In this document: positions 26,029 to 35,614 of the stretch, one piece after another
Layout of the letters: every line of letters begins with the position of its first letter
Position numbering within the stretch: the stretch's first letter is position 1
Assembly (NCBI GenBank): GCA_029262375.1
Contig: JAJCZM010000046.1
Coordinates: forward strand, 1,367-65,366
Reading direction: 5' to 3'
From: Deltaproteobacteria bacterium
GTDB taxonomy: Bacteria > Desulfobacterota > Binatia > UBA1149 > SPBQ01
Length of the DNA stretch: 64,000 bases
Program-made: the position numbers and the translations under genes
Notes under the pieces: model-generated
What the model saw: the letters and a program-made list of their open reading frames with translations, nothing else
What the model was told of the DNA's origin: nothing
The model's database searches: none

Positions 26029-26637
26029 CTATTCGGGGACGGCCATTCCCTTTTGGACGGCTGGGCGCGCGGCGACGCGGTCCATCCATGCACTCAGGTT
26101 GCCGAAGTCGGTGAAGAAAGCTGCTTGCGCGTCGTGGGCGGCCTTCAGCCACGGATACGTCATGATGTCGGCGGCACTGTAGGTGCCCGCGAGAAATTCG
26201 CGGCCGTCGCCGAGAACCGTATCGAGCACACCGAAGACGCGCAGCGACTCGGTGAGGAAGATGTCGATCATCCCCTTGTTCTGCTCTGCCTCGGGCGCAT
26301 TGATCTGAGACGCCAGTCGGCCGAGGTTTGGACCGACATGCGCCGCCTGAAAAAACATGTATTGGAACGCTTGCGCGCGTCCGTGCGCGTCGCCCGGCAA
26401 CAAGCCGCCGTGCTTGTCATCGAGATAGAGAAGGATGGCGCCCGACTCCCAGACAATCTCATCGTCGTCGTCGATCATCGGAATCTTGCGATTCGGGTTC
26501 ATCGCGAGAAACTCGGGCTTGAACTGTTCTTCTTGATCCAGGTGAACCCAAACGGTCTCGTAGTCGAGGCCGAGCTCTTCCAGGGCGATAGAAACTTTGC
26601 GTCCGTTCGGAGTGGCCGCGGTGTAAAACTTGATCAT
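26029..26637 (-). CDS. Glutathione S-transferase
   Basis: MIKFYTAATPNGRKVSIALEELGLDYE...NPNRKIPMI. Start trimmed to ATG 26637. Confidence 0.85.
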   Translation of the reverse strand: MIKFYTAATPNGRKVSIALEELGLDYETVWVHLDQEEQFKPEFLAMNPNRKIPMIDDDDEIVWESGAILLYLDDKHGGLLPGDAHGRAQAFQYMFFQAAHVGPNLGRLASQINAPEAEQNKGMIDIFLTESLRVFGVLDTVLGDGREFLAGTYSAADIMTYPWLKAAHDAQAAFFTDFGNLSAWMDRVAARPAVQKGMAVPE

Positions 26638-26864
26638 GGCATGATTGCTCCTCTTTCTGCCTACGCGATATCGCCTGGTTTCGCTGCGCGCTAACCAGGC
26701 ACTCAACGCCTGCGCCGCGACTAAGTCCAGATTCGTCGATTGAATTGTCGAGCGATTGCTCGGCGGCTGGCTTCACGATGAAATCAACATATGCTCGCGG
26801 TCGAGCGACGCGCAGGACGACGGACCAGAACGATTGACCGGTTCGATTGACCAGGAAGATCAAG

Positions 26865-27728
26865 ATGACGACCACTCCCCACACGATGAGCGGACGAACC
26901 TGCGTGATCACAGGGGCGACCAGCGGTATCGGCCAAGCCGCAGCACTCGAACTCGCACGCCGCGGCGCTCGCCTCATCATCATAGGCCGCAATCGCGCGA
27001 AGACAGACCGACTGCTCGCAACGCTGCCTCCCACCGATCATCGCGCCGTGATCGCAGACCTGGAAATCATGGCTGAGGTGCGGCGCGCGGCCGCAGAGAT
27101 CGTCGACATGCAGGTTTCTGTCCACGTGCTTCTCAACAATGCCGGACTGGTCACTGTTGGCAGGACGACGACGATCGACGGCTTCGAGAAGACATTCGCC
27201 GTGAACCATCTGGCGCCGTTTTTACTGACGAACCTGCTGCGGGAGACCCTGTCGCGCAGCGCGCCGGCGCGCATCGTCAACGTCGCATCCGACGCACATC
27301 GTTTCACGGGTGGCCGCATCAACTTCAACAATCTTCAGGGCGAGCGCAGTTACAGCGCCATGCGCCACTACGGTCTCACGAAACTCTGCAACATGCTGTT
27401 CACGCACGAACTGGCGCGCCGACTCGAGGCCGACTCAGTCACCGCGAACTCGCTACACCCCGGAATGGTCGCAACGGCCCTCGGTACCGACAACGGCCTA
27501 CTCGGCAGGATCGGCATGAGTCTGGTACGCCCGTTCAGCCGCACGCCCGAACGCGGCGCCGAAAGCTCGATCTACTTGTGCTCGAGCCCCGAGGTCGCCG
27601 GCGCCAGCGGCGGTTACTACTACAACTGCAAGCCGTACAAGGCGGCCGGCTATGCATCGAACACCGACGACGCCGCCCGCTTGTGGAAAATTTCCTGCGA
27701 GCTTACCGGCCTTCCCGCCGACTCCTGA
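26865..27728 (+). CDS. Short-chain dehydrogenase/reductase (retinol-dehydrogenase-like)
   Basis: TGATSGIGQAAA Rossmann motif, NNAG, and YxxxK (YGLTK). Confidence 0.85.
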   Translation: MTTTPHTMSGRTCVITGATSGIGQAAALELARRGARLIIIGRNRAKTDRLLATLPPTDHRAVIADLEIMAEVRRAAAEIVDMQVSVHVLLNNAGLVTVGRTTTIDGFEKTFAVNHLAPFLLTNLLRETLSRSAPARIVNVASDAHRFTGGRINFNNLQGERSYSAMRHYGLTKLCNMLFTHELARRLEADSVTANSLHPGMVATALGTDNGLLGRIGMSLVRPFSRTPERGAESSIYLCSSPEVAGASGGYYYNCKPYKAAGYASNTDDAARLWKISCELTGLPADS

Positions 27729-27754
27729 TCGAACATCCGGCGTCGACGCGAACC

Positions 27755-28405
27755 TTAACCGCGCATGCCGACCGCAGCCGCCACTTCGTGGAGGCTTGCT
27801 TCGGCACTCGGGCGATCCGCCATGTGTGCGAACCAGGCCGACACGTTCTTCAATTCGGGGCGCACCGGCTGTCCGGCGCTCGCGAAGAAATCGAGCATTC
27901 CGAACAGGAAGACGTCGGCCATCGTCATGCGATCTCCGCACAAGAAGGTCCGTCCTGCCATCCAACCGTCCAGCTTGTCCAAGCCGCTCTGCGCGGTCGC
28001 CTTCAAGTCATCTGCGGCCTGCGGAATGCATATGAGCCGATCCTTGAAGAGTTCCAGACCTTCCGCGAAGCGAAACCCGTTGGCCATGGGCTCGCATATA
28101 TTGAGATCGACTTTGCGCGTCCACATGCGCGCCTCGGCACGCTCTTCGGGCGTGGAACCGACGAGCGACGGGCCGGAAGACTTCTCATCGAGGTACTCGC
28201 AGATCGCAGTGACTTCGGACACGAAAGCACCGTCATCGGTCTCGAGCGCCGGCAACTGACCACTCGGGTTCTTTTCCAAGAACGGTGCCTGACGATTCTC
28301 GGCCGACATCAGATCGACTTCGACCTTGTCGAGTTCGATGCCCTTCTCGATCGCGAACATGCGCACGATGCGCGGGTTGGGGCCGAGAGAATTGTGCAAC
28401 TTCAT
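27755..28405 (-). CDS. Glutathione S-transferase
   Basis: MKLHNSLGPNPRIVRMF...KNPSGQLPALE. Confidence 0.8.
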   Translation of the reverse strand: MKLHNSLGPNPRIVRMFAIEKGIELDKVEVDLMSAENRQAPFLEKNPSGQLPALETDDGAFVSEVTAICEYLDEKSSGPSLVGSTPEERAEARMWTRKVDLNICEPMANGFRFAEGLELFKDRLICIPQAADDLKATAQSGLDKLDGWMAGRTFLCGDRMTMADVFLFGMLDFFASAGQPVRPELKNVSAWFAHMADRPSAEASLHEVAAAVGMRG

Positions 28406-28902
28406 GAGCCGGCTCCTTTCGTGGGTTTCGCGCCGAATTTGTCGAGCGCTTCTTGCATGCCGCGCAGCAGACCGGCAGCGACAGCGGTGTTGTAGAAATA
28501 TTTGTACGTCTCGCGCTGCTCGTGAATTTCGGGATCGAGCGTTCCGTCGGGCGCAAGGAAGTACGTGCGCGGAATGTATTGCCCGTCAGGCGCGTACTTC
28601 GTACTCGTCTCGGCGTGCTCTTCCTTGTTGAGCCGAATCATCACGAATTTCTTCGACTCTGCGACCACTTTCTCGTCGTGAAAGACCGCACTGTACTTCG
28701 TGCAGTGTGGACACCAATCGGTATAGAAGATCAGACACACGGGCTTGCCCGACGTCTTCGCTTGAGCGAGCCCTTCTTCGTAACCGAGCCAGCTCATTCC
28801 GGCATCATTCCAATCGCCGCCTGCGCAGGCATCTGGTATCGGACCGAAGGTGAACAGAAGAGCTAACGTAAATGCGGCGGTTCTGATTAGGGGTCGTAAC
28901 AT
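28402..28902 (-). CDS. Secreted thioredoxin-fold protein (CPHC active site)
   Basis: Signal peptide followed by PVCLIFYTDWCPHCTKY. An AAGGAG SD precedes ATG 28902. Confidence 0.8.
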   Translation of the reverse strand: MLRPLIRTAAFTLALLFTFGPIPDACAGGDWNDAGMSWLGYEEGLAQAKTSGKPVCLIFYTDWCPHCTKYSAVFHDEKVVAESKKFVMIRLNKEEHAETSTKYAPDGQYIPRTYFLAPDGTLDPEIHEQRETYKYFYNTAVAAGLLRGMQEALDKFGAKPTKGAGS

Positions 28903-29050
28903 GGGCAAGAATACTCCTTTGGGTGCGATCATCGCCTGGCCCGGGTACGCGGCCGTTGCGGCCGGCGCGCCAACTCTCTACCTATAATGGGGCCCGCCGC
29001 TACAAGAAAGCTCCAGCCCCGCGACGAGCATTCGGAGAAGAGCCATCGTC

Positions 29051-30706
29051 ATGAGCGATACACACACGGTCATCAATCAAGTTCCCCTGCTCGAAGGCTA
29101 CAATCTGTTCACCAGCGACCAACCATTGGTCGAGGCCGTCGCCCGGGAGCAAGCAGAGCAAGGGGAGAATACCGAGTGGGCGCGCGATCTCCTCGTAGAT
29201 TACGGCGGCGTCGCCGGAAGCCAAGAAAGCTATGAATGGGGGAGGCTGGCCAACACCCACGAACCGCAGTTCATGAGCCACGATCGCTTCGGGAATCGTA
29301 TCGACGAAGTGACGTTCCACCCTGCCTGGCACGCGCTGATGCGCCAGTCGATGCGCTACTCGGTCCACAATCGGCCCTGGAACGACACGCGTGTCGGCGC
29401 CAACGTCGCACGCAGCGCGCAGCACTATCTTCTGGTACAGACGGAAGCCGGCCATGCCTGCCCCATCACCATGACGTTCGCCGCGCTCCCCGCTCTTCGA
29501 CATCAACCCGACGTCGCTGCCGAGTGGGAGCCTCGGTTGCTTGCGAACGAGTACGACCCACGGTTCATCCCGGCCGATCAAAAAACCTCGGCCACGATCG
29601 GCATGGCGATGACGGAGAAACAGGGCGGCTCCGACGTACGCGCAAACACGACGCGCGCCGAACCGATTGCGGGCGGCGGCCCGGGCGGTGAATACCGCCT
29701 GACCGGACACAAGTGGTTTTGCTCAGCGCCGATGTCGGACGCCTTCCTTACGCTCGCGCAAACCGACGCAGGCTTGAGTTGCTTTCTCGTTCCACGTTTT
29801 CGTCCCGACGGCTCGCGCAACGATATCCGCATCCAACGCCTGAAATCGAAACTGGGAAACCGATCGAACGCATCAAGCGAGATCGAATATCAAGACACGT
29901 GGGGACGCATGCTCGGCGAGGAAGCGCGCGGCATCAACACGATCATCGAGATGGTCCATCACACGCGTCTCGACTGCATCAGTGGCAGCGCCGGGATCAT
30001 GCGACAGGCGCTCGCCCAAGCAGTCCACCACGCGCGCCACCGCAGCGCGTTCGGCAAGCGCCTGCGCGATCACGACCTGATGGCATCGGTACTGGCCGAC
30101 TTGTCGCTGGAACTCGAAGGCGCGGTTGCGCTGATGGCGCGTGTCGCGCGCGCGTACGACGCCGCCGACGACGAGCACGAACGTGCGTTCGCGCGTATTG
30201 CGACGGCCATCGGGAAATTCTGGGTCTGCAAGCGCGCGCCTCACATGATCTACGAGGCAATGGAGTGCCTCGGCGGCAATGGCTATGTGGAAGAATCCAT
30301 GCTGCCGCGGCTCTATCGAGAAGCGCCCGTGAACGCGATCTGGGAGGGATCGGGCAACGTGATTTGCCTCGACGTGCTACGTGCGATCGCGCGCGAGCCC
30401 GAAAGCCTCCCAGCCCTGCTCGCGGAAATCCGCCTGGGTACCTCCGGTCACGCCGATCTCGAGCGAGAGCTCGCCGAATTGCAGTCGCAGCTGGCGCAGC
30501 GCGATGGCATAGAACGACGCGCTCGCACGATCGTCGAAAAGATGGGCGTACTGCTGCAAGCGTCGCTGCTCGTGCGCCACGGCCCGGCGGCCGTCGCCGA
30601 CGGCTTTCGCGCCGCACGCCTCGGTGGGTCCGGACGAATCTACGGGACCATGCCGGCAAGCATCGACTGCGACGCCATTATCGAGCGCGCCACACCGACG
30701 AATTGA
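29051..30706 (+). CDS. aidB: AidB-like acyl-CoA dehydrogenase
   Basis: MTEKQGGSDVRANTT signature and a typical ACAD C-terminal domain. Confidence 0.85.
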   Translation: MSDTHTVINQVPLLEGYNLFTSDQPLVEAVAREQAEQGENTEWARDLLVDYGGVAGSQESYEWGRLANTHEPQFMSHDRFGNRIDEVTFHPAWHALMRQSMRYSVHNRPWNDTRVGANVARSAQHYLLVQTEAGHACPITMTFAALPALRHQPDVAAEWEPRLLANEYDPRFIPADQKTSATIGMAMTEKQGGSDVRANTTRAEPIAGGGPGGEYRLTGHKWFCSAPMSDAFLTLAQTDAGLSCFLVPRFRPDGSRNDIRIQRLKSKLGNRSNASSEIEYQDTWGRMLGEEARGINTIIEMVHHTRLDCISGSAGIMRQALAQAVHHARHRSAFGKRLRDHDLMASVLADLSLELEGAVALMARVARAYDAADDEHERAFARIATAIGKFWVCKRAPHMIYEAMECLGGNGYVEESMLPRLYREAPVNAIWEGSGNVICLDVLRAIAREPESLPALLAEIRLGTSGHADLERELAELQSQLAQRDGIERRARTIVEKMGVLLQASLLVRHGPAAVADGFRAARLGGSGRIYGTMPASIDCDAIIERATPTN

Positions 30707-30744
30707 GCAGCCTCGGGAGGCCGAGCAAGTCAGACGAGTTCGTA

Positions 30745-30780
30745 GTAACGTCGGTAGCGTCGGTAGCGTCGGTAACCTGC
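30745..30780. repeat. 9-bp tandem repeat gta(a/g)cgtcg x3-4
   Basis: gtaacgtcg gtagcgtcg gtagcgtcg gtaacctgc, located between aidB and msrB. Confidence 0.85.
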
Positions 30781-30821
30781 GCCCCCAACGCCCGTATTTA
30801 GGTGCGTAAGGAGAAAGCGTC

Positions 30822-31394
30822 ATGAAACCTGGCCTATTGTTTTTCTTCGCAATCGCGGCCTCTGGATTCGTCGCGTCGATGGTCGTTACTCGAATCGGCG
30901 CCAGCCTGGAGGGCCCGGTCGAGTTGCCTTCGGTGCACGCACAAGAGAGCGCGCCTAGTGAAGCAAACGTGACATCCAGCGAAAAATCCCCGGACAAGAA
31001 CTGGAAGAATCTCTCGAAAGACGAGTGGCGGGAACTGTTGGACGACAATCAGTTCTACGTGCTGCGTGAGGCCGGAACCGAACGGGCGTTCAGCGGCGCG
31101 TATTGGAACGAGAAGACGCCGGGCACCTATGTCTGCGCAGCATGCGGTCAGCCTCTGTTCGACGCGAGCACGAAGTTCAAGTCAGGCACCGGCTGGCCGA
31201 GCTTCTGGACACCGATCTCGCCGGCATCAGTCGATGAACATACCGATACGAAGTTCTTCGTATCGCGAACGGAGGTTCGTTGCAGTCGTTGCGATTCGCA
31301 TCTCGGACACGTCTTCGACGACGGCCCGGCGCCGACCGGTCAGCGCTACTGCATCAATTCGGCAGCGCTGGATCTGCAGGCGGAAGCGAAGTAG
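30822..31394 (+). CDS. msrB: Peptide-methionine (R)-S-oxide reductase MsrB with N-terminal signal/anchor
   Basis: YVCAACGQPLF...GTGWPSF...RCSRCDSHLGHVFDDGP...RYCINS. Confidence 0.9.
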   Translation: MKPGLLFFFAIAASGFVASMVVTRIGASLEGPVELPSVHAQESAPSEANVTSSEKSPDKNWKNLSKDEWRELLDDNQFYVLREAGTERAFSGAYWNEKTPGTYVCAACGQPLFDASTKFKSGTGWPSFWTPISPASVDEHTDTKFFVSRTEVRCSRCDSHLGHVFDDGPAPTGQRYCINSAALDLQAEAK

Positions 31395-31408
31395 AGCGCG
31401 TCGCGCAC

Positions 31409-33967
31409 TCAGTGCCGAATGGGCACCGACACGGTGACGCTGGTTCCCGCGTCAGGGCGTGATTCAATCTGTAACACACCGCCGAGCATTCGCAGTCGCT
31501 CACGGATACTGAAGAGCCCATAACCGCCGTCGTCGACGGCCGCGTTCTCAACCGATGTCGGCTCGAAGCCGATGCCGTCGTCGACGACGCGCACGACGAC
31601 CCGCGAGGGTCCGCCCGAGATCGCGACACGCGCTGATCCGGCGCAAGCATGCTTGCCGACGTTCGCCAGTAGCTCGCGTACGGTTTGAAAGAGTACGAGT
31701 TGCGCATCGTCGTCCAGCGCGCGCGGCTCGCCATCGTCGCTCACGGTGCAATGCACGCCGTACTGCGTTTCGGTTTTCTCCGCCAACCAGTCGACAGCCG
31801 CCTCGAACCCGAGTTCGTTGAGCACCGGCGGGCTGATCTCCGACAGGAGTGCACGTGCGTCTTGGATCGTGGCATCGACGATCTCCGCTAGCTCATCGTA
31901 CGCAGCCGATTGACCGCCTTTGGCGGCGGACTCGCGCAGCGCGCCGAGCTTCACCTTGGTCACGCCGAGGTTCTGGATGGTGCGGTCGTGGAGCTCGGCA
32001 CCGATCCGCCGTCGTTCCTTTTCGCCGGCGAGCGCGGCGCGCGTGGCGAGATGTCGCAGCTGCGCTTGATGATGTTCGATCGCGAGCTGGGCCATGCGCT
32101 GATCGTGGATGTCTTGGCTCGAGCCGACGACGCGCGTCCCCGTACCGTCTTCGCTGCGGGTTGCTCCTCCGCGCGCTCGGAACCAACGGTACTCGCCCGA
32201 GGACGTTCGCAGCCGGTGCTCGATGTCGAACTCTCCATCGCCTGCAACGTGCCGCTGCAGACACTGCACGACCGCATCGACGTCGTCGGGGTGGATGTGA
32301 TCGAGGACTACCCAGCTCGAGAACTCGAGCGCGCCGGTTTGGTAGCCAAGCAATCGCAGATATCCGTCCGACAGCCAGAACAGTTCTTCGTCGATGTTCG
32401 GCCAGTCCCACAAGCCGTCGTTGGTACCGCGAGCGGCCAGCTCGAAGCGCTCTTCGCTGCGGCGGAGCGCGCGCTCGGCATCGCGCAGCTCGGTGACGTC
32501 CTGCGCCGTAGCGAACACCCGTACGACATTGCCCGACTCGTCGGTGAAAACTCTACCGTCGATCTTCAGGTCCCGCTCTCTCCCATCGAGCGTCTTGATA
32601 CGGTACATCGTGCCGGGCGCGGCTTTCCCGCCGGCTACCAGCGCGCGCCCCTCGGCCACCCGTGCTCGCTCGGTCTCACCGACGATCCGATCGAGAAACG
32701 CCGCTAAACCGGGTTCGAGGTCGCCCGGCTCGGCACCTAGCAGGCGGTATAGCTCGTCGGACCACACCTCACGCCCCGACGCGACATCCCAATCGGAATG
32801 CCCGATGCTGGCTATCGCTTCGGCGTCGACGAGTCGCTCGCGACTCTCGCGAAGCGCCTGCTCCTCGTGTCGCCGTTCAGTGACATCCTGCAGGGTACCG
32901 CTAATCCGTACGATACGACCACGCTCATCGAAATCGACGTCACGTTCCGCCTGAATGTAGCGAACCTCGCCGTCCGGTCTCACGATCCGACGATCCTTGA
33001 CGCGCCGCACCTTTGAGCGAACCAATTTATTCCAATCGCGCACGAAGCCATCACGATCATCCGGATGTAAGAAATTCGCCCCGAACTCCTCAACTGACGG
33101 TTTAGGCGCGCCCACAGGGAGTCCGACGATCCGATACATCTGCTCGGACCAACGAATGTCGTTCGACTCCGCCTCCCAGACCCAGCTGCCGAGCTGCGCT
33201 AGACTCTGCGCGCGCGATAGAAACGCTTCGGTCTCTCGCAACGCAGCCTCGGTGTTTTTCTGCGCCGTGATATCCGTTCCGATAGCGGCGTAGCCAAGCA
33301 GCTGCCCTCGGTCGTCAAAGTATGGACGCCCGCGCGCAAGGATCTCCGCGTACCCGCCATCGGCTCGACGAAGCCGGAACTCAAGCTCGTATGAACGTAT
33401 CCGTTCGAGATGATCCTTGCTGACTGCCACCACTCTCGAACGATCGTCAGGATGGAGCATCTCGTCCCAACTGCCGCCGACTTCTTCATCCGGCCCGATG
33501 CCCACCAGCGCGCGTCCATAGGCGTTGAAGTACACCACACCAGCCGTGGGATGAACGATCCACAAAACTCCGGGTAAGGCCTCCGCGACCCCCCGAAATC
33601 GCTGCTCGGCTGCGACGGACGCCGACGCGGCGCTCTTGCGCAGCACGACCACGCCCGCAGTCGCCACCACCGCACCGATTGCCAATGCGCGATTGGCGAG
33701 GTCCTGCCAGGCGTCGCCGCCCGACGGGGAGAGAGCATGCCCCAGTACAGTCAGCGCGCTGCCGACGATCGCAAACGCGATCGTCACGGAGACGCCGCGG
33801 ATCCAGAGGGTGAGAAGAACCGGTAGCATGTGGGCAACAGCACCGGCGAATCCGAGAGGAAGCGCTACGTCGGCCGCCAACGTCGCCGACGACAGCGCGA
33901 GGGCGATGGCCATGGGCCATGCGCTCGCAGACTCATCGCGCGTGGGGATTGTGGGGGCGGTCGGCAT
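31409..33967 (-). CDS. Multi-PAS sensor histidine kinase (HisKA_3 + HATPase_c, NarX/DegS class)
   Basis: N-terminal TM region, at least four PAS-like units (WIVHP, WVWEAE, DWD, LWDWP cores), the H-box ERRRIGAELHDRTIQNL and the C-terminal GYGLFSIRERL. Confidence 0.85.
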   Translation of the reverse strand: MPTAPTIPTRDESASAWPMAIALALSSATLAADVALPLGFAGAVAHMLPVLLTLWIRGVSVTIAFAIVGSALTVLGHALSPSGGDAWQDLANRALAIGAVVATAGVVVLRKSAASASVAAEQRFRGVAEALPGVLWIVHPTAGVVYFNAYGRALVGIGPDEEVGGSWDEMLHPDDRSRVVAVSKDHLERIRSYELEFRLRRADGGYAEILARGRPYFDDRGQLLGYAAIGTDITAQKNTEAALRETEAFLSRAQSLAQLGSWVWEAESNDIRWSEQMYRIVGLPVGAPKPSVEEFGANFLHPDDRDGFVRDWNKLVRSKVRRVKDRRIVRPDGEVRYIQAERDVDFDERGRIVRISGTLQDVTERRHEEQALRESRERLVDAEAIASIGHSDWDVASGREVWSDELYRLLGAEPGDLEPGLAAFLDRIVGETERARVAEGRALVAGGKAAPGTMYRIKTLDGRERDLKIDGRVFTDESGNVVRVFATAQDVTELRDAERALRRSEERFELAARGTNDGLWDWPNIDEELFWLSDGYLRLLGYQTGALEFSSWVVLDHIHPDDVDAVVQCLQRHVAGDGEFDIEHRLRTSSGEYRWFRARGGATRSEDGTGTRVVGSSQDIHDQRMAQLAIEHHQAQLRHLATRAALAGEKERRRIGAELHDRTIQNLGVTKVKLGALRESAAKGGQSAAYDELAEIVDATIQDARALLSEISPPVLNELGFEAAVDWLAEKTETQYGVHCTVSDDGEPRALDDDAQLVLFQTVRELLANVGKHACAGSARVAISGGPSRVVVRVVDDGIGFEPTSVENAAVDDGGYGLFSIRERLRMLGGVLQIESRPDAGTSVTVSVPIRH

Positions 33968-34042
33968 CGAATCGAATCGTCCGCACGAATTGTAGTCGCC
34001 GCGACGCCGTCACGAAAGCGACCGCGCCAGATTGCCGATGGA

Positions 34043-35434
34043 TCAGTTCTCGCCAGTCAGACGATCGACGGCAGCCAGCAGGTTCTCGCACTGCTTGCGC
34101 ACACTGAAACCGGACTCCGCCAACCGCTGCGCATTCGCGCCCTTCGTCTGCTTCCAGTTCTCGCCGAGTGCGCGCGTGATCGTGGCGGCTAGAGAATCGG
34201 CCAACAGCTTACGATCGTCGGTCTCCGGTACGAGCGCCCCGACCTCGTCGGACACGAAGTCGCGTGGACCACCGGAATCCGCACCGATCACCGGTGTCCC
34301 GCAGGCCATGCATTCGATGAACACCAACCCGAACGGCTCCTTATAGGAAGGAAAACAGCCTACATCGGCGGTGTTGTACAACACCGCGAGCTCGTCTTGC
34401 GGACGCGGGCCCAAGAAGAAGACATTGCGCAGTCCCAGTTGCTCGTAAGCGAGATCTTGCATCTTCACCTGATCTTCGTGTGGCCCCGATCCCACGACCA
34501 ACGTCGCGACATTGCCAAGCTTCTCGTATTCGACGGCGGCCTGTAGCACGCAGTCCAGACGCTTCCAGTCGGCGAACTTGCCGCAGAATATGACGACCTT
34601 CTCGATACCGCCGTCGATCGCGACCGGACCGGCATTGCGTGAGCTCCCCTCGTACGGAGCGGTCGTGAAGCCGGCGAGCACATTGTCTCGGTCGGCGTAG
34701 AGATCCGTAGGAGTGTCGATGCGACGGAACGCCGAGTGGTTGTACCCGTTCGGAGATAGCACGACACGTTCCCGCGGAAATTCAGGGAAGATCTCGGCCA
34801 ACGCTTCGATCTGCTGGTTCGAGATCGCCGCGCACAAATCGACACCAACGCGGGAGCGATTGGAATAGTCGAAGACCCCGGATCGACGCATCATGGGCAA
34901 GAAGCGCTCAGGGAAGTGTTCGGGATCACGACCACCCTTCTCGTGCGCGAACATCTTCAGGGCGGTACCGTGCACGAAGCACAGGAGCGGGATGCGGCGC
35001 TTGCCCTCGGCTACCCGCGCCTCGAGCACATCGCTCAAAACGAGTGGGTTGAGAAAAGAGTGATGCGCAACCGCCAGTGAGAACTCCGCGTTCTCCTCGC
35101 GTTCGACGGCGTTCATATACTCGAGCACCTCTCGGGTCAGACGCGTGCGATAGGCCGCGAACTCCTCGTCGCTCATCGAGTGCCAGCGATACGAGCTGGT
35201 CGGCGAGATCGATTCGCAGATGGGAATGTCATGCTCGAGCTCAAAAACGCGCACGTCTGCGTCACGCGTCGTCTGCTTACTCGACGGATACATCGAATAG
35301 CTCGCCGTCCCCGCTAGATCGTTGTAGGCGAGGTGGTGCGACTCGTGCAGAATCCCTGACCCCGGCGCGTACTCGCCACCGCGTTGCCAGTTGTTCGTTC
35401 CGAGTTGAAAGATCAGTCTGCGCACCTTCGACAT
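34043..35434 (-). CDS. Glycosyltransferase family 4 (GT-B) with atypical N-terminal half
   Basis: C-terminal motif YKEPFGLVFIECMACGTPVIGADSGGPRDFV. The ATG is at 35434. Confidence 0.75.
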   Translation of the reverse strand: MSKVRRLIFQLGTNNWQRGGEYAPGSGILHESHHLAYNDLAGTASYSMYPSSKQTTRDADVRVFELEHDIPICESISPTSSYRWHSMSDEEFAAYRTRLTREVLEYMNAVEREENAEFSLAVAHHSFLNPLVLSDVLEARVAEGKRRIPLLCFVHGTALKMFAHEKGGRDPEHFPERFLPMMRRSGVFDYSNRSRVGVDLCAAISNQQIEALAEIFPEFPRERVVLSPNGYNHSAFRRIDTPTDLYADRDNVLAGFTTAPYEGSSRNAGPVAIDGGIEKVVIFCGKFADWKRLDCVLQAAVEYEKLGNVATLVVGSGPHEDQVKMQDLAYEQLGLRNVFFLGPRPQDELAVLYNTADVGCFPSYKEPFGLVFIECMACGTPVIGADSGGPRDFVSDEVGALVPETDDRKLLADSLAATITRALGENWKQTKGANAQRLAESGFSVRKQCENLLAAVDRLTGEN

Positions 35435-35614
35435 GAGCACCCCCGAGCGGCGCAGCCGGCCGCATCACGACATTCTACCAAACCGCCCCCTCAGCGGGGG
35501 CGTTTGCACTAATCCGGCGCTCGGGGCCGCGCAGGTCTTCGATCGCGCACATATATGTGCGACCCTAGGCAGATATCAGCGCGCTCCAACGAGCGCCGGG
35601 AGACCACCTACTGC

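Noticed and set aside
26831-26852. GGTTCGATTGA-like string and duplicated CGATTGACC upstream of the SDR gene, considered as a tRNA T-arm or a promoter -35 pair
   Set aside because: No acceptor or anticodon stems can be drawn around it, so it is not a tRNA. The second TTGACC is only 13 nt from the ATG, so the promoter assignment is too weak to report as a feature.
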